Notes under the pieces: model-generated
The model's input: the letters and a program-made list of their open reading frames with translations, nothing else
Told to the model about the DNA's origin: nothing
Database searches by the model: none
Source: an uncultured Bacilli bacterium
Lineage (GTDB): Bacteria; Bacillota_I; Bacilli_A; RF39; UBA660
Direction: 5' to 3'
Length of the DNA: 55,133 nucleotides
Assembly (NCBI GenBank): GCA_947626115.1
Contig: CANQQX010000004.1
Location: 1-55,133 of the forward strand
Translations under genes and position numbers: made by a program
Shown here: one piece after another, positions 20,745 through 29,841 of the stretch
Layout: every line of letters begins with the position of its first letter
How positions within the stretch are numbered: position 1 is the stretch's first letter

Positions 20745-21161
20745 ATGAAGGAAGCTTATTGGGGTTATTGGTTAGTACTTTTAGGAGTATTTGTAGTAGT
20801 AATATTGCTTTTAATTCAAAATGTTACTTCTAATAATACAGAAAATAGTTATACTGTAAGACAAATAAATGAGGCAGCTTTAGTAGATGCAATAGATTAT
20901 GCTTATTATAGAGAATATGGTGAACTTAAAATAAATAAAGAAAAATTTATTGAAAGTTTTGCTAGAAGATTTGCTGAAACTGCTTCACTTTCTAGTGAAT
21001 ATCAAATTATAATTACTGGTGTATATGAAACACCACCAAAAGTAAGTGTTCAAATAACTAGTAAAACAAATACTTACTTTATTGCTAATGAACAAACTTC
21101 TTCAGAAGATTTTGATATGGAAAGTAGAGTAGAAGCAATACTAGAACAAAGTAATAAATAG
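20745..21161 (+). CDS. Small membrane protein with a pilin-like MKEA N-terminus
   Basis: MKEAYWGYWLVLLGVFVVVILLL: same MKEA start followed by a hydrophobic helix as in the downstream pilin candidates. Confidence 0.45.
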   Translation: MKEAYWGYWLVLLGVFVVVILLLIQNVTSNNTENSYTVRQINEAALVDAIDYAYYREYGELKINKEKFIESFARRFAETASLSSEYQIIITGVYETPPKVSVQITSKTNTYFIANEQTSSEDFDMESRVEAILEQSNK

Positions 21162-21172
21162 GAGGAATAAAA

Positions 21173-21937
21173 ATGGGAAATTTATTAGCTAATTTAAAAA
21201 GATTTATCTCAAATAAAAATACAGTTACTATTTTAGCTGTTTTAGCAGGAATTATAATATTATGGTATTTTTATAATTATCGGGTTAATCAAGCAATTAC
21301 AACAGTTAGAATTCCTTATGCACTTGCTAAGATTGATACAAAAGATAAAGTAGAAACTGATAATGTTGGTTTTAGAGAAATTACTAGAAGTTCTTTAAGA
21401 GATAATGATTTAGTAGAAAACATAGCTGAACTAGATGGTAAATATATTTGTGAAGGAACAAGTATTCCCCAAAATGGTTTCTTTCATAAATCACAAATAT
21501 GTGATAAAAGTGAAATTTCTAATTCAGTTAATGAGGATTTACCAAAGGGCTATACTTTGGCTAGTATAAAAGTTACAAATGAAACAACTTATGCCAATTC
21601 CATAGCACCAGGTGATTATATTGATTTATATATGTATGCTAAAGATACTAATGGTGCTATATATGGTAAATTAATTGAAAGTATTAAAGTACTTGAAGTA
21701 AGAGATAGTAGTGGACGTAATGTTTTCTGGGATTCATCTGCTGGTGATTCAGCTACACTATTATTTGGTGTACCAGATGAATATGCTAACTTATTAGATT
21801 TAGCTAATAGAATAAGTGGTATTGATATTCGTCCAAGACTTAGAGGTGCAGATTATTCTAAAAACCCTGGTGAAACAGAGTTAAAGAGTGAAGAATTACA
21901 AGCATTTATCTATAGTCAAGTAACAATTGTAGAATAA
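21173..21937 (+). CDS. CpaB/RcpC-like Flp pilus assembly protein
   Basis: N-terminal TM; SAF-like segment; GDYIDLYMY...IKVLEVRD...ATLLFGVPDEYANLLDLA pattern typical of CpaB. Confidence 0.6.
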   Translation: MGNLLANLKRFISNKNTVTILAVLAGIIILWYFYNYRVNQAITTVRIPYALAKIDTKDKVETDNVGFREITRSSLRDNDLVENIAELDGKYICEGTSIPQNGFFHKSQICDKSEISNSVNEDLPKGYTLASIKVTNETTYANSIAPGDYIDLYMYAKDTNGAIYGKLIESIKVLEVRDSSGRNVFWDSSAGDSATLLFGVPDEYANLLDLANRISGIDIRPRLRGADYSKNPGETELKSEELQAFIYSQVTIVE

Positions 21938-21967
21938 AAAAATAAAAAGGGAAGGGAAGATATAAAA

Positions 21968-23065
21968 GTGAATGATGCTATATTTTCACAAATAGATTTT
22001 GGCCCTTTAAAAGAGTTTTTAGATGATGATAACATTACCGATGTATCTTATGGTAATGGTGGTCAAATCCATTTAAAAACATTGGATAAAGGAGTTTATC
22101 GAATTGAAAGGCCAGATGTTAATAATGCTTTAGTAGAAAAGCTAGCGTTTCAATGCTCTAATGTTATGGGTAAAACATTTAATATGGCTCATCCATTTTT
22201 AGATGCTGAATCAGCTGAATTACGTTTAAACTTTATTCATGATTCAATCGCTACCAATGGTATAGCTTGTGTTATCAGAAAAACCCCAGCCAAAATAAGA
22301 CTTAATCGCGAAAAATTATTAAGTGAACAATATGTTTCCGAAAATATCTTAGATTTTTTACTTACTTGTGTTGATGGACATTGTAATATGATTGTTAGTG
22401 GCGAAACTGGTAGTGGTAAAACTGAACTTGTTAAATACCTAGCAAGTCATACTAAGGAAAATGAAAAAGTTATTACCATAGAAGATACTCTCGAACTTCA
22501 CTTAGATAAAATATTTCCACATCGGGATATAGTTGCCATGAAGACTAATAATATCGCTAGTTATTCAGATGTATTAGTAGCCTGCATGAGACAAGACCCC
22601 CGTTGGATTTTACTATCCGAAGTTCGTAGTGCTGAAGCCGTAACGGCAGTTCGTAACTCTATTTCATCTGGACATAACATTTTATCAACTATCCACTCTG
22701 ATAGAGCCTTAAATGTGCCAATGCGGATGTATTCATTACTAGAAACTAGTCAAGATATAGATCAATTTTTAAAATCAATTCATAGATATGTTCAACTGGC
22801 AATTCATGTTAAAGGTTATATGAGTGCCGAACTAGGACGTTTCCAAAGAGAAATTGTCGAAATCTGTGAATTTTATGTAGATGAAAATAATGAAGCAGGA
22901 TCTAATGTTATATATAAAAAGAATTTAGATGGCGCGATTCAATTTAATAATCCAACTAAATATTTACGAGAATATTTAGGAAGTCAAGGAGTCGTTATTA
23001 AAGAAAATTTATTTGTTGATGAAAATAATGATAATAATAGTACAGAAGTAATAGATTCACTATAA
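21968..23065 (+). CDS. TadA/CpaF-family secretion ATPase (VirB11 superfamily)
   Basis: 365 aa; Walker A GETGSGKTE; IEDTLEL; Walker B/Asp box RQDPRWILLSEVR; His box STIHSD; GTG start after an A/G-rich SD. Confidence 0.8.
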   Translation: MNDAIFSQIDFGPLKEFLDDDNITDVSYGNGGQIHLKTLDKGVYRIERPDVNNALVEKLAFQCSNVMGKTFNMAHPFLDAESAELRLNFIHDSIATNGIACVIRKTPAKIRLNREKLLSEQYVSENILDFLLTCVDGHCNMIVSGETGSGKTELVKYLASHTKENEKVITIEDTLELHLDKIFPHRDIVAMKTNNIASYSDVLVACMRQDPRWILLSEVRSAEAVTAVRNSISSGHNILSTIHSDRALNVPMRMYSLLETSQDIDQFLKSIHRYVQLAIHVKGYMSAELGRFQREIVEICEFYVDENNEAGSNVIYKKNLDGAIQFNNPTKYLREYLGSQGVVIKENLFVDENNDNNSTEVIDSL

Positions 23066-23085
23066 AGGAATAAGGAGGTGCAAAA

Positions 23086-23991
23086 ATGAGAACAATACCA
23101 GAACTATTTATAATGTTAGGTATAGCTATTTTCATTATTATGTATCGTAATAATAAAAATGGTAAATCTTATAAAGAAGTATTAAATAAAGTTGAAAATA
23201 TATACGATAAATATGCACCGTATTCTTTTAAAGTTGTTAGAGAAAAAACGAAAGAGTTAGGCCAAGAATTTACTGCTAAACAATATATTATGCAAATAGT
23301 TTTATTAGGTGGTTTTGCGGCTTTAATTGGTTATTTCTATTTTTATAGTATTATTTGGGCTGTAGTTTATGCTGTTGCTACTATTGCTTTTATTCCTTAT
23401 CTTGCATACCTTAGATGTCAAAGAGTATATAGCGAGTTTATTTTTGAACAAATTCAAACTTATACTACTAACGTTATAATGGAATTTAATACTACGCAAA
23501 GTTTTGTTAAAAGCTTAGAAGGTGTTAGAGATTCTGGCATTATTGAACAACCTGTTTTAGGGGACATTGAAAAAATGATTGAATTATCTTATCAAAATGG
23601 TACAATTGATGAATCAATTGAATATTTTAATCAAAAATATCCATTCTATATGGTTAAAAATATGCATCAATTATTCTTACAAATAACTAAAGAAGGTGCT
23701 AAAGATGCTGGTGAATCTTTAGAAAACATGTCTATGGATATCGATGCTCTAGTTGAAGGTGTTTATCGTGATCAAATGGATCGTAAAAATTTCCATAAAA
23801 GATTTTTAACTTTTGCCGTTGTTCTATTTTCTTTAGTAGTAGTAGTAGAATTTATGTTAGGTAAAGATAATTATATTGAACTTCTTAATATGTGGTATGT
23901 TCAACTTATTTTACACATTATAATTTTAATTAATGTATATTTCTTAATTACTGGTGAGAAATATTATAATGAAGATGTGGGGGCTGAATAA
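23086..23991 (+). CDS. TadB-like (T2SS-F family) pilus platform membrane protein
   Basis: TM, then a soluble helical domain, then a TM pair; lies immediately after the TadA-like ATPase. Confidence 0.55.
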   Translation: MRTIPELFIMLGIAIFIIMYRNNKNGKSYKEVLNKVENIYDKYAPYSFKVVREKTKELGQEFTAKQYIMQIVLLGGFAALIGYFYFYSIIWAVVYAVATIAFIPYLAYLRCQRVYSEFIFEQIQTYTTNVIMEFNTTQSFVKSLEGVRDSGIIEQPVLGDIEKMIELSYQNGTIDESIEYFNQKYPFYMVKNMHQLFLQITKEGAKDAGESLENMSMDIDALVEGVYRDQMDRKNFHKRFLTFAVVLFSLVVVVEFMLGKDNYIELLNMWYVQLILHIIILINVYFLITGEKYYNEDVGAE

Positions 23992-24779
23992 TGCAAGTAG
24001 AAATTATTATAATAGCTATTTTAATCTTTGTTGTAATGACTTATAATGGTCAAGTTAGTATTAAAGATTTAATTAGTGATAACTTTTATATATTTCGTAA
24101 ATTAAAAGAAGATGATTGGGATTTCTATGTTAGAGCTAAATATGGTGATACAGTTTCATCTGATGCTATTTTTATGAAAAGAATTAGAAATGGTTTAATG
24201 GTTATAGTTATTAGTATGTTTTTCTTTATTACTAAATTAGATGCTTTATATATATTAATATCATTTATTTTAGGTTTCTTAATATTTAAATTAGATTATA
24301 TTAATATTAAATCATATTATAAAACTCATATGTTTAAAATAGATAGTATGTTACCTCATTATTTAAAGAGTATTGAAATATTAATTCAACATTATACAGT
24401 ACCAGTAGCTATTGGTAAATCAGTTATCGATGCTCCAGATATTTTTAAAGATGGTTTACAAGAGATGATTAATGAAATAAATGCTGGTGATGATTCAATA
24501 AATCCATATATGAATTTTGCCAAAAAATATCCGGTAAGAGATTCCATGAGAATGATGCGTCTTTTATATCGTTTAAGTTTAGGTAGTCAAGATCGTAAAC
24601 AAGAGCAAATGCTTATGTTTTCAAGAACAATTTCTAATTTACAACAAAAAGCAAGAGAAACTAAATATAAAAATAGACTTGATAAAATGGAAGGTAAAAC
24701 AATGAGCATGTTAATGTCAACTGGTTTTGGGGTCATGGTTTTACTAGTTTTAGCGGTTTTACAAATGATGGATCTATAA
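23991..24779 (+). CDS. TadC-like (T2SS-F family) pilus platform membrane protein
   Basis: Same topology as the preceding gene; start overlaps its stop (TAATG). Confidence 0.55.
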   Translation: MQVEIIIIAILIFVVMTYNGQVSIKDLISDNFYIFRKLKEDDWDFYVRAKYGDTVSSDAIFMKRIRNGLMVIVISMFFFITKLDALYILISFILGFLIFKLDYINIKSYYKTHMFKIDSMLPHYLKSIEILIQHYTVPVAIGKSVIDAPDIFKDGLQEMINEINAGDDSINPYMNFAKKYPVRDSMRMMRLLYRLSLGSQDRKQEQMLMFSRTISNLQQKARETKYKNRLDKMEGKTMSMLMSTGFGVMVLLVLAVLQMMDL

Positions 24780-24802
24780 AATTCCTATTAAGGAATTTTT
24801 TT
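24780..24802 (+). terminator. Intrinsic terminator after the TadC-like gene
   Basis: AATTCCT-ATTA-AGGAATT followed by TTTTTT. Confidence 0.6.
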
Positions 24803-24920
24803 GTAATTGTTCAGACTAAAAGACATAATGAAAAGGAACTATAATATAAAATAGTTCTTTTATTATTGAAATAACAATTCATTTCTAAATACTTTCTGAA
24901 TAGATTCGTATGTGGTTATT

Positions 24921-24941
24921 TCTCTAGAAATAGAGATTTTT
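24921..24941 (+). terminator. TCTCTA-GAAA-TAGAGA hairpin plus T run, copy A
   Basis: Identical hairpin also at 29148-29169 and 53653-53676. Confidence 0.6.
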
Positions 24942-24957
24942 ATTGTTATTCATTGCT

Positions 24958-25022
24958 TTATTCCTGAAAGAGTTACTACAATTGCATATGCATTTTTTAA
25001 TAAGAAGAAGAACACGTAATAT
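24958..25022 (+). pseudogene. Internal fragment of an AbiEi-like antitoxin gene
   Basis: Translates IPERVTTIAYAFFNKKKNT*; about 80% nucleotide identity by eye to 29469-29535 of the intact AbiEi gene (IPERVSTITCATFDKKKKKQ). Confidence 0.7.
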
Positions 25023-25023
25023 A

Positions 25024-25120
25024 AAAAGTGAGTGCAAAAAGGTGTAAGTTTTGTTCAAAAGTGGGTGCAAAAAGGTGTAAATTTTACTCAAAAGTGGGTG
25101 CAAAAAGGTGTAAAAAGAGC
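25024..25120 (+). repeat. Three tandem 33-bp direct repeats
   Basis: AAAAGTG(A/G)GTGCAAAAAGGTGTAA(G/A)TTTT(G/A)(T/C)TC at 25024, 25057 and 25090 (third copy partial), directly upstream of a TATAAT box and the AAA ATPase start. Confidence 0.85.
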
Positions 25121-25151
25121 TATAATTATAATGAATTGGGGAGAAAATAAA

Positions 25152-26477
25152 ATGAAAAGAAAAATATATAATGATTTACTAGCTTGGAAAAATAGTTCAA
25201 ATTTTAAACCATTAATTGTACTTGGAGCAAGACAATGTGGTAAAACTTATATAATAGATGAATTCTGCCAAAAAGAATATAAAAAGTATAAAAAAATTAA
25301 CTTATTATATGATGTAGATATTGTTAAATTATATGCTTCAAATGATTCATCAGAGAAAAAATATAATGATTTAAAGATATTATTAGATTTTGATTTTGAC
25401 CAAAAAGATAGTATTCTATTTATTGATGAAATTCAAGAAAGTGAAGAATTAATTTCGGAATTAAAATTTTTTAATGAAAAGCATAGTAATGTTAGAATTA
25501 TATGTGCAGGATCATTATTAGGAGTAAAATTAGCTAGACTAAATAAACCTTTTCCAGTAGGAAAGATAACTAGATTATATATGTATCCATTGGATTTTGA
25601 AGAATTTTTAATTGCCCTTAATCAACAAAAACTTTTAGATAAGATTAAAGAGAGTTTTAGAAAAAATGAATCAATGGGAATACTTCATAATAAAGCAATA
25701 GATTATTATAGAATGTATTTATTATCAGGAGGTATGCCAGAAAGCATTAAGTCTTTAATAGAAAATATTAATGATTATTATAATTATGATTTATCTAAAT
25801 TAAATAATATTATTGAAGATTATAAAAATGATATGAATAATCATGTTAATAATTCATCTGAAACATTAAAAATTCGGAATTTATATAATTCTTTATCTTC
25901 ACAATTACAAAATGCTTCTAAAAAATTTCAATATTCGGTAATTGATACAAATGCAAAAAAAAGGGAATATATTTTGCCATTAAATTGGCTTATTGAAAGT
26001 AATATGGTTCAAATATGTAAATGTATTAAATTGCCAGAAAAGCCTTTATTAGGATTTGTGGATAATGATGTGTTTAAATTATATTATTCTGATGTAGGAA
26101 TTTTTAATAGATTAGTAAATAATGATATTAAAACTATTATGTTAGATGATATGAAAATATATAAAGGAATTATCACTGAAAATTATGTTGCTAATCAATT
26201 AAAAGCTCTTGGAATAGATTTGCTATATTGGAGAGGAAATAGAGATGCTGAAATAGATTTCTTAATTTCAACAAATGATGGTATAATTCCTATTGAAGTA
26301 AAAGCAGATGAAAATACCCAATCTAAAAGTTTAAAAATTTACAATGATTTATATCATCCTAAATATATGATTAGAATTAGTTTAAAAGATTTTGGCTTTA
26401 AAAATAATATTAAATCTATTCCTTTATATGCTATATTTTGTATAAAAGAATTAATATTAGATAAAGATAGTCAGTAG
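25152..26477 (+). CDS. AAA_14 / DUF4143-family ATP-binding protein
   Basis: Walker A GARQCGKT; Walker B ILFIDEIQ; C-terminal DUF4143-like nuclease-fold signature (DAEIDFLI...IPIEVK). ATG at 25152 follows GGGGAG; the 40 codons upstream are the tandem repeats. Confidence 0.8.
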   Translation: MKRKIYNDLLAWKNSSNFKPLIVLGARQCGKTYIIDEFCQKEYKKYKKINLLYDVDIVKLYASNDSSEKKYNDLKILLDFDFDQKDSILFIDEIQESEELISELKFFNEKHSNVRIICAGSLLGVKLARLNKPFPVGKITRLYMYPLDFEEFLIALNQQKLLDKIKESFRKNESMGILHNKAIDYYRMYLLSGGMPESIKSLIENINDYYNYDLSKLNNIIEDYKNDMNNHVNNSSETLKIRNLYNSLSSQLQNASKKFQYSVIDTNAKKREYILPLNWLIESNMVQICKCIKLPEKPLLGFVDNDVFKLYYSDVGIFNRLVNNDIKTIMLDDMKIYKGIITENYVANQLKALGIDLLYWRGNRDAEIDFLISTNDGIIPIEVKADENTQSKSLKIYNDLYHPKYMIRISLKDFGFKNNIKSIPLYAIFCIKELILDKDSQ

Positions 26478-26591
26478 TTAAACTATCTTACTTTTTTTGT
26501 GTCTTGCTTTGTCAAGTAATAGCAAATATTAATTGCTATTTTTATATAATTTGGTTATAATAATTATAGATAATAAAGGAGGAATGCATTT

Positions 26592-26876
26592 ATGAAAGAA
26601 GCAACAGGTGAATTAAATATGACAGTTGTAACAGTTGTAGCAATCGCAGCCTTAGTAGCGTTCTTTTATTTAGTTATATGGCCAGTACTTCAAAATGGTA
26701 TGACATTAAACTCTGCATGTAATGCTTCTAATGGTGGACAACTTACTTATACGACAACAGTTGATGGTGAAGCAGTTGAGTGTGGCGGTGGACAATGTAC
26801 TTACAAAGGTTCAACAAGACAATGTGAAACTAGCGCAAATACTACAACAGGCGGAACTGGCGGTACTACAGGTTAA
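26592..26876 (+). CDS. Pilin candidate 1 (Flp/Tad-like major pilin)
   Basis: MKEATGELNMTVVTVVAIAALVAFFYL leader plus hydrophobic helix; 4 Cys; Thr/Gly-rich tail; strong AAAGGAGG SD. Confidence 0.6.
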   Translation: MKEATGELNMTVVTVVAIAALVAFFYLVIWPVLQNGMTLNSACNASNGGQLTYTTTVDGEAVECGGGQCTYKGSTRQCETSANTTTGGTGGTTG

Positions 26877-26887
26877 TAGATTAAATT

Positions 26888-27136
26888 ATGAAAGAAGCAA
26901 CAGGTGAATTAAATGCTACAGTTGTAGTAATGTCGGCTATTGCAGTGCTTATAGCTTTTTTTTACTATACATTGTGGCCCATAATAAAATCCAATTTTCA
27001 ACGCAATTCTCAATGTAGTAAAGCAATATGTGAACCATGTAAAGCTGATGCTAGTGGCGAAAGAAATTGTGATTTTGTAATTTGCCACCCAAAAAATGAT
27101 CCGACAAATACATTTGAATGTGTATATAAAGGTTAA
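26888..27136 (+). CDS. Pilin candidate 2 (paralogue of 26592-26876)
   Basis: MKEATGELNATVVVMSAIAVLIAFFYY; 6 Cys; ends C.YKG, a motif also present in the paralogue. Confidence 0.55.
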   Translation: MKEATGELNATVVVMSAIAVLIAFFYYTLWPIIKSNFQRNSQCSKAICEPCKADASGERNCDFVICHPKNDPTNTFECVYKG

Positions 27137-27149
27137 GGAAGTGGAATAA

Positions 27150-27665
27150 ATGCGGGAAGCAATAGGTGGAATTTCCATTTTTCAAATTGTAATCTTTTTT
27201 ATATTGTTATTTACAGGAGTTATGTGTTTAACTATTAATCATTCTAAAGCCTTTGGGGTTAAAGATGAAATAATAACAATTATAGAAAATGAACCTTTAG
27301 GAAGTAATAATAATACTTCTTCTTTTGGCTTAAGTGAATCTACTAATCAAAAAATAGTTGAGCATTTAAATAAAGCAGGATATCGTATTACTGGTAAATG
27401 TCCTGATGGTTATGATGGTTACAATAGAAATGGTGAATTAACTAGTAGAGATGCTGCCTATTGTATAAGAGCCAATCGTGTTGAAGATAAATTTGTTGCA
27501 GATGCGAAAGAAAAGTGTAGTAATAATAAATGTACTGTTACTAGTGGCGATTTTCCTGATATGGTTTATTATGATGTAGTTGTATTTTTTCAATTAGATA
27601 TTCCTTTTATTAGAGAAATATTTAATTTTAATTTAACTGGTTCAACTAAGACATTATTTGGATAG
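27150..27665 (+). CDS. Minor pilin / TadE-like pseudopilin candidate
   Basis: MREAIGGISIFQIVIFFILLF N-terminus; C-terminal motif shared with the next ORF (LDIPFIREIFNFNLTGSTK). Confidence 0.5.
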   Translation: MREAIGGISIFQIVIFFILLFTGVMCLTINHSKAFGVKDEIITIIENEPLGSNNNTSSFGLSESTNQKIVEHLNKAGYRITGKCPDGYDGYNRNGELTSRDAAYCIRANRVEDKFVADAKEKCSNNKCTVTSGDFPDMVYYDVVVFFQLDIPFIREIFNFNLTGSTKTLFG

Positions 27666-27674
27666 GGTGGTTAT

Positions 27675-28133
27675 ATGCGAGAGGCAATAGGAACACAAAC
27701 AGTCTTTAAAACAGTCTTAATTTTTACTTTTTTATTTGCAGGTTTTATCGCGGTAGCAATTACTTATAATAAAGCTTACAAATTAAAAAGTGAAACAGTA
27801 ACTATTTTAGAGAAATATGAAGGAGTTAGTAATAAATCATTAAGTATTATTAATAATTATTTAGATAATAGTGGTTATTTATCTAAAAATACTTGTGAAG
27901 ATGGTGAATATGGTGTAAGTGATTTAAATAGTCCTACTTATGAAGCTGCTAAAAACAAAAAAATGTATTATTATTGTTTAAGTTATGAAACTAAAAATAA
28001 TCAAATATTTTATAATATAAAATTATTTTCTAGATTTAATTTACCCTTTATTGGTGATTTATTCTATTTTAAAATAACTGGCGAAACAAAGGGAATAAAA
28101 TTATATAGTGAAAGTCAAAAATTAAAAGGTTAA
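27675..28133 (+). CDS. Minor pilin / TadE-like pseudopilin candidate (paralogue)
   Basis: MREAIGTQTVFKTVLIFTFLF N-terminus; C-terminal FNLPFIGDLFYFKITGETK. Confidence 0.5.
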   Translation: MREAIGTQTVFKTVLIFTFLFAGFIAVAITYNKAYKLKSETVTILEKYEGVSNKSLSIINNYLDNSGYLSKNTCEDGEYGVSDLNSPTYEAAKNKKMYYYCLSYETKNNQIFYNIKLFSRFNLPFIGDLFYFKITGETKGIKLYSESQKLKG

Positions 28134-28152
28134 AAGAAAGAGGTATAAAAAA

Positions 28153-29133
28153 ATGAATGTAATTGTATCAAATAAGTATCAATCTTTATTAGGAACATTA
28201 AATATTGATGTAATAAAGACTATTAATGGCGAATTTACTGTCCAAGATTTAGTAAATCAATTTAGTAATTTCTTCTATAATAAAATGATTATAGATGTTA
28301 CTGCTATTAAGAATTATGAAAATATTAATATTATGCGGGAGTTATCATTAAATTTTGAAATGGATAAAATAATTTTATTATTAGATGATTCACCTAAAGT
28401 AAATAATGCTAATTATTTATCACAATTAGTATCATATGGTATTTATAATTTTACGAGAAGTGTAGATGCTATCCCATTCTTAATAGATAATCCTAATTCT
28501 TATAAAGATGTGGCAGCTTATCAAAATTTAAATCCTGATACTAATTTAGATAGTAAAAAAGTTAAAGAAATTGCACCCGTTAAAATGGAACAAAGAGTAA
28601 TCGGATTTAAAAATGTTACTGAACATGCTGGTGCTACTACTTTAATTTATATGTTAAAAAAACATTTACAAGAAGAATATAAAGTTAAAGCTATTGAAGT
28701 TAATGCAACTGATTTTGAATATTTTAATGATAAATCTCTTGAAAGTGCTGACTTTATGAATATATCTATAAGACTTGCTAATAATAGTGATGCTGAAGTT
28801 ATTTTGGTAGATTTAAATGATGGTCCTGAAACTATATGTACCGAAATTATTTATTTAATTGAACCAGGTATTTTAAAACTTAATAAATTAATTAGAGAAG
28901 ATCGTAAAATATTTGATAAATTAAAGAATAAAAAAATTGTTTTAAATAGAAGTGTTTTAAATGAAAAAGATGTTCATGATTTTGAAAGAGAAAGTGGTAG
29001 TAAAGTATTCTTTAATATTCCTTGTCTAGATGAAAAACTTGATAATAATAAAAAGATAACTGAATTTTTAATTGCATTAGGTTTCTCTAGATTAGATGTT
29101 GAAAATAATAACAAAAAATTTGGTATTTTATAA
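28153..29133 (+). CDS. TadZ/CpaE-like protein (receiver-like N domain plus degenerate ParA/MinD ATPase domain)
   Basis: Position at the end of the pilin cluster; VIGFKNVTEHAGATTLIYMLKKHL occupies the place of the deviant Walker A but lacks the Lys. Confidence 0.4.
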   Translation: MNVIVSNKYQSLLGTLNIDVIKTINGEFTVQDLVNQFSNFFYNKMIIDVTAIKNYENINIMRELSLNFEMDKIILLLDDSPKVNNANYLSQLVSYGIYNFTRSVDAIPFLIDNPNSYKDVAAYQNLNPDTNLDSKKVKEIAPVKMEQRVIGFKNVTEHAGATTLIYMLKKHLQEEYKVKAIEVNATDFEYFNDKSLESADFMNISIRLANNSDAEVILVDLNDGPETICTEIIYLIEPGILKLNKLIREDRKIFDKLKNKKIVLNRSVLNEKDVHDFERESGSKVFFNIPCLDEKLDNNKKITEFLIALGFSRLDVENNNKKFGIL

Positions 29134-29147
29134 TAAGTAATATAAAG

Positions 29148-29169
29148 TCTCTAGAAATAGAGATTTTTT
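29148..29169 (+). terminator. TCTCTA-GAAA-TAGAGA hairpin plus T run, copy B
   Basis: Identical to 24921-24941 and 53653-53676; lies 15 nt after the stop of the TadZ-like gene. Confidence 0.65.
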
Positions 29170-29208
29170 ATTTATATAAAATTATTCATCTTTTTTTAAC
29201 TTAAAGCC

Positions 29209-29237
29209 TTGATTTTCACCTTTCAATACCGTATAAT
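29209..29237 (+). promoter_or_regulatory. Sigma-70-type promoter of the abiE operon
   Basis: TTGATT (29209-29214), 17-nt spacer, TATAAT (29232-29237). Confidence 0.6.
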
Positions 29238-29256
29238 GGTATTAAGAGGTGAAAAT

Positions 29257-29841
29257 GTGATAATTACTAATAGTATGGCAAAGAACAATTTAAATAATTA
29301 TGCCAATAAAAATAACAAAATAAGTAGAGATATAAAAGATGGTAAATTATTTAAAATAATAACAGGATTATATGAAACCGATCCAAATACTCCTGGCTAT
29401 TTACTAGCAGGTAGTATTTATGGGCCATCATATATTTCTTTTGAATATGCTCTTTCTTTTTATGGACTAATCCCTGAAAGAGTTAGTACAATTACATGTG
29501 CAACTTTTGATAAGAAAAAGAAAAAGCAATATAATACAAACTTTGGGGTATTTACTTATAGAGATATACCAGTAGATGCTTATTCAGAAGAAATTGAATT
29601 AAAAATAGAAGGAGATTATTCATATCAAATAGCTAAACCAGAAAAAGCTTTATGTGATAAACTATATACTTTATCGCCTTTAAAAAATTATGAAAATCTT
29701 GAAAATATGTTATTTAATGATTTGCGCATAGATGAAATGGAATTTAATAAATTAGATGTCAATATAATTGAAAAATTAAGTAGTCTATATCATTCTACTA
29801 ATATTCTATTACTTGCAAAATATATGAGGAGAGAAAAATGA
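29257..29841 (+). CDS. AbiEi-family type IV toxin-antitoxin system antitoxin / transcriptional regulator
   Basis: Gene pair and 4-nt overlap with an AbiEii-type nucleotidyltransferase; AbiEi_4-like sequence (LFKIITGLYE...GPSYISFEYALSFYGLIPE). GTG at 29257 follows GAGGTG; alternative ATG at 29275. Confidence 0.7.
   Translation: MIITNSMAKNNLNNYANKNNKISRDIKDGKLFKIITGLYETDPNTPGYLLAGSIYGPSYISFEYALSFYGLIPERVSTITCATFDKKKKKQYNTNFGVFTYRDIPVDAYSEEIELKIEGDYSYQIAKPEKALCDKLYTLSPLKNYENLENMLFNDLRIDEMEFNKLDVNIIEKLSSLYHSTNILLLAKYMRREK

Noticed and set aside
25032-25151. N-terminal 40 codons of the ORF-track protein (MQKGVSFVQKWVQKGVNFTQKWVQKGVK...)
   Set aside because: They are the translation of three 33-bp DNA repeats. 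A TATAAT box, a GGGGAG SD and an ATG at 25152 give an N-terminus that matches the second ATPase copy (MKR...).
26722-26907. 61-aa ORF overlapping the first pilin gene in another frame; also the minus-strand ORF at 26909-27178
   Set aside because: The pilin frames have strong SDs and paralogous N-termini. The overlapping frames have neither.
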